From assembly GCA_027053075.1 (NCBI GenBank), contig JALUEE010000055.1, positions 1-14,090 on the forward strand: a DNA stretch of 14,090 nt, written 5' to 3'. Source of the stretch: a candidate division WOR-3 bacterium. GTDB taxonomy: Bacteria > Hydrothermota > Hydrothermia > B15-G9 > WFZT01. Shown here piece by piece: positions 13,172-14,090 of this stretch. How positions within the stretch are numbered: the stretch's first letter is position 1; every line of letters begins with the position of its first letter. Below the pieces are notes generated by a model. It had not been told where the DNA came from. It made no database searches and was given only the letters and a program-made list of their open reading frames with translations. The translations under genes were made by a program, and so were the position numbers.

Positions 13172-14090
13172 AAGTACTATTTCTGTTTCACATGCATCAA
13201 CCTCCATACAAACTGGGAGACAATCCCCCATACTACCCCATGCCGTGGGTCTTCACTCACCTCATCAGGGAATATTACGATGTGGCAAGGAGTCTCATGG
13301 AGGTCGAGGCTCCAGCCGTTACCATCAATTTTTCGGGCTCTCTCATTGAGCAGATTGAGGACTATGTGAGCGGTAACTTCACTGACGAGTTTATTGAAAG
13401 ATTCAAAATGGACCCGCGAGAATTGACTAAGGAAGATAAAATTTTCATACTCAGGAACTTCTTTTCTGTAAACTACGAGCACAGGATTAAGCCCTTCAAG
13501 AAATATTTAGAGCTTTATGTAAAGCGTGGCACGCCGTCCAACCTTGAAGAAAAGGTTGAGAGGTTTGAAGACCAGGAGTGGCGAGATATTCAGGTTTTTT
13601 TCTTCTTAAGTCAGATAAGTCTTTATTACCAGCGTGAAGACGAGACCATTAAAAAATTAATTGCGAAGGGTCGTGGATTCACCGAAGAGGATAAATCAAA
13701 ACTAATTGAGAAGTGCTTTGAAATTGCGTCCAGAGTGCTACCACTATACAAAGAGCTAAAAGAGAAGGGACTTGAGATTTCCTTTACTCCCATGTATCAC
13801 CCGATACTGCCTTTGATCATAGATTCCAGCGAAGCGAAAAATTCAAATCCTGGATGTGTGCTGCCTGACCAGCATTTTTCTTCAGAAGAGGACGCTCTTG
13901 AGCAGGTAAAACAGGGGGAACAAAAGGTCTCCAGTGTCTTTGGAGAAATAGCCGGCTCCTGGCCTGCAGAGGGAAGTGTTTCAGATAGAGCAATCAAAAT
14001 ATATTCTCATGCGGGTATTAAATGGATTGCCACCGATGAAGAAATTCTAAATAGAACTATCGGGAAATTCCGCGAGAGTGAGTTTTATGG
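13168..14090 (+). CDS. Glycoside hydrolase family 57 (amylopullulanase-like), runs off the window end; absent from the supplied ORF track
   Basis: Manual translation from the ATG at 13168 (ATGA overlap) has no stop to the end of the window. Motifs: MKVLFLFHMHQP, MPWV, NFSGSLIEQI, EISFTPMYHPILPL, GSWPAEGSVS (nucleophile Glu at 13969-13971) and WIATDE. Confidence 0.95.
   Translation, partial: MKVLFLFHMHQPPYKLGDNPPYYPMPWVFTHLIREYYDVARSLMEVEAPAVTINFSGSLIEQIEDYVSGNFTDEFIERFKMDPRELTKEDKIFILRNFFSVNYEHRIKPFKKYLELYVKRGTPSNLEEKVERFEDQEWRDIQVFFFLSQISLYYQREDETIKKLIAKGRGFTEEDKSKLIEKCFEIASRVLPLYKELKEKGLEISFTPMYHPILPLIIDSSEAKNSNPGCVLPDQHFSSEEDALEQVKQGEQKVSSVFGEIAGSWPAEGSVSDRAIKIYSHAGIKWIATDEEILNRTIGKFRESEFY

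Noticed and set aside
1501..13997. Remaining short antisense or out-of-frame ORFs inside identified genes (e.g. 1778-2227, 2557-3063, 10615-10923, 11261-11638, 13128-13349, 13177-13482, 13797-13997)
   Set aside because: They are shadow ORFs overlapping well-supported genes and show no motifs of their own.

Overview
Bacterial chromosomal window, mostly housekeeping and envelope genes on the + strand. Block 1 is a tightly packed or overlapping gene run: pyrG (5'-truncated), a YtnP-like metallo-beta-lactamase-fold hydrolase, mnmE, nfi, a Wzy/O-antigen-ligase-like membrane protein and a GT4 glycosyltransferase. Block 2 is a secreted 14-blade LVIVD beta-propeller protein with a type IX secretion (T9SS) C-terminal domain. 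It is flanked by two related clusters of REP-like palindrome doublets and IS-end-like motifs, and is followed by a PorV/PorQ-family gene. Block 3 is an orphan minus-strand gene whose likely true start is 11500. It has a sigma54-type promoter and a possible Xis/MerR-like helix-turn-helix (HTH), and is divergent from lepB, a DUF2726 gene, a YdjM-like hydrolase and a GH57 gene. The GH57 gene is 3'-truncated and missing from the ORF track. The T9SS parts plus GGAGG Shine-Dalgarno (SD) sites and TTGACA/TATAAT-type promoters suggest an FCB-related lineage outside Bacteroidota, such as WOR-3 (inference). No rRNA, tRNA, CRISPR array or transposase was seen. The best leads are the repeat-bounded T9SS cargo cassette and the sigma54-driven orphan gene; neither is proven novel.
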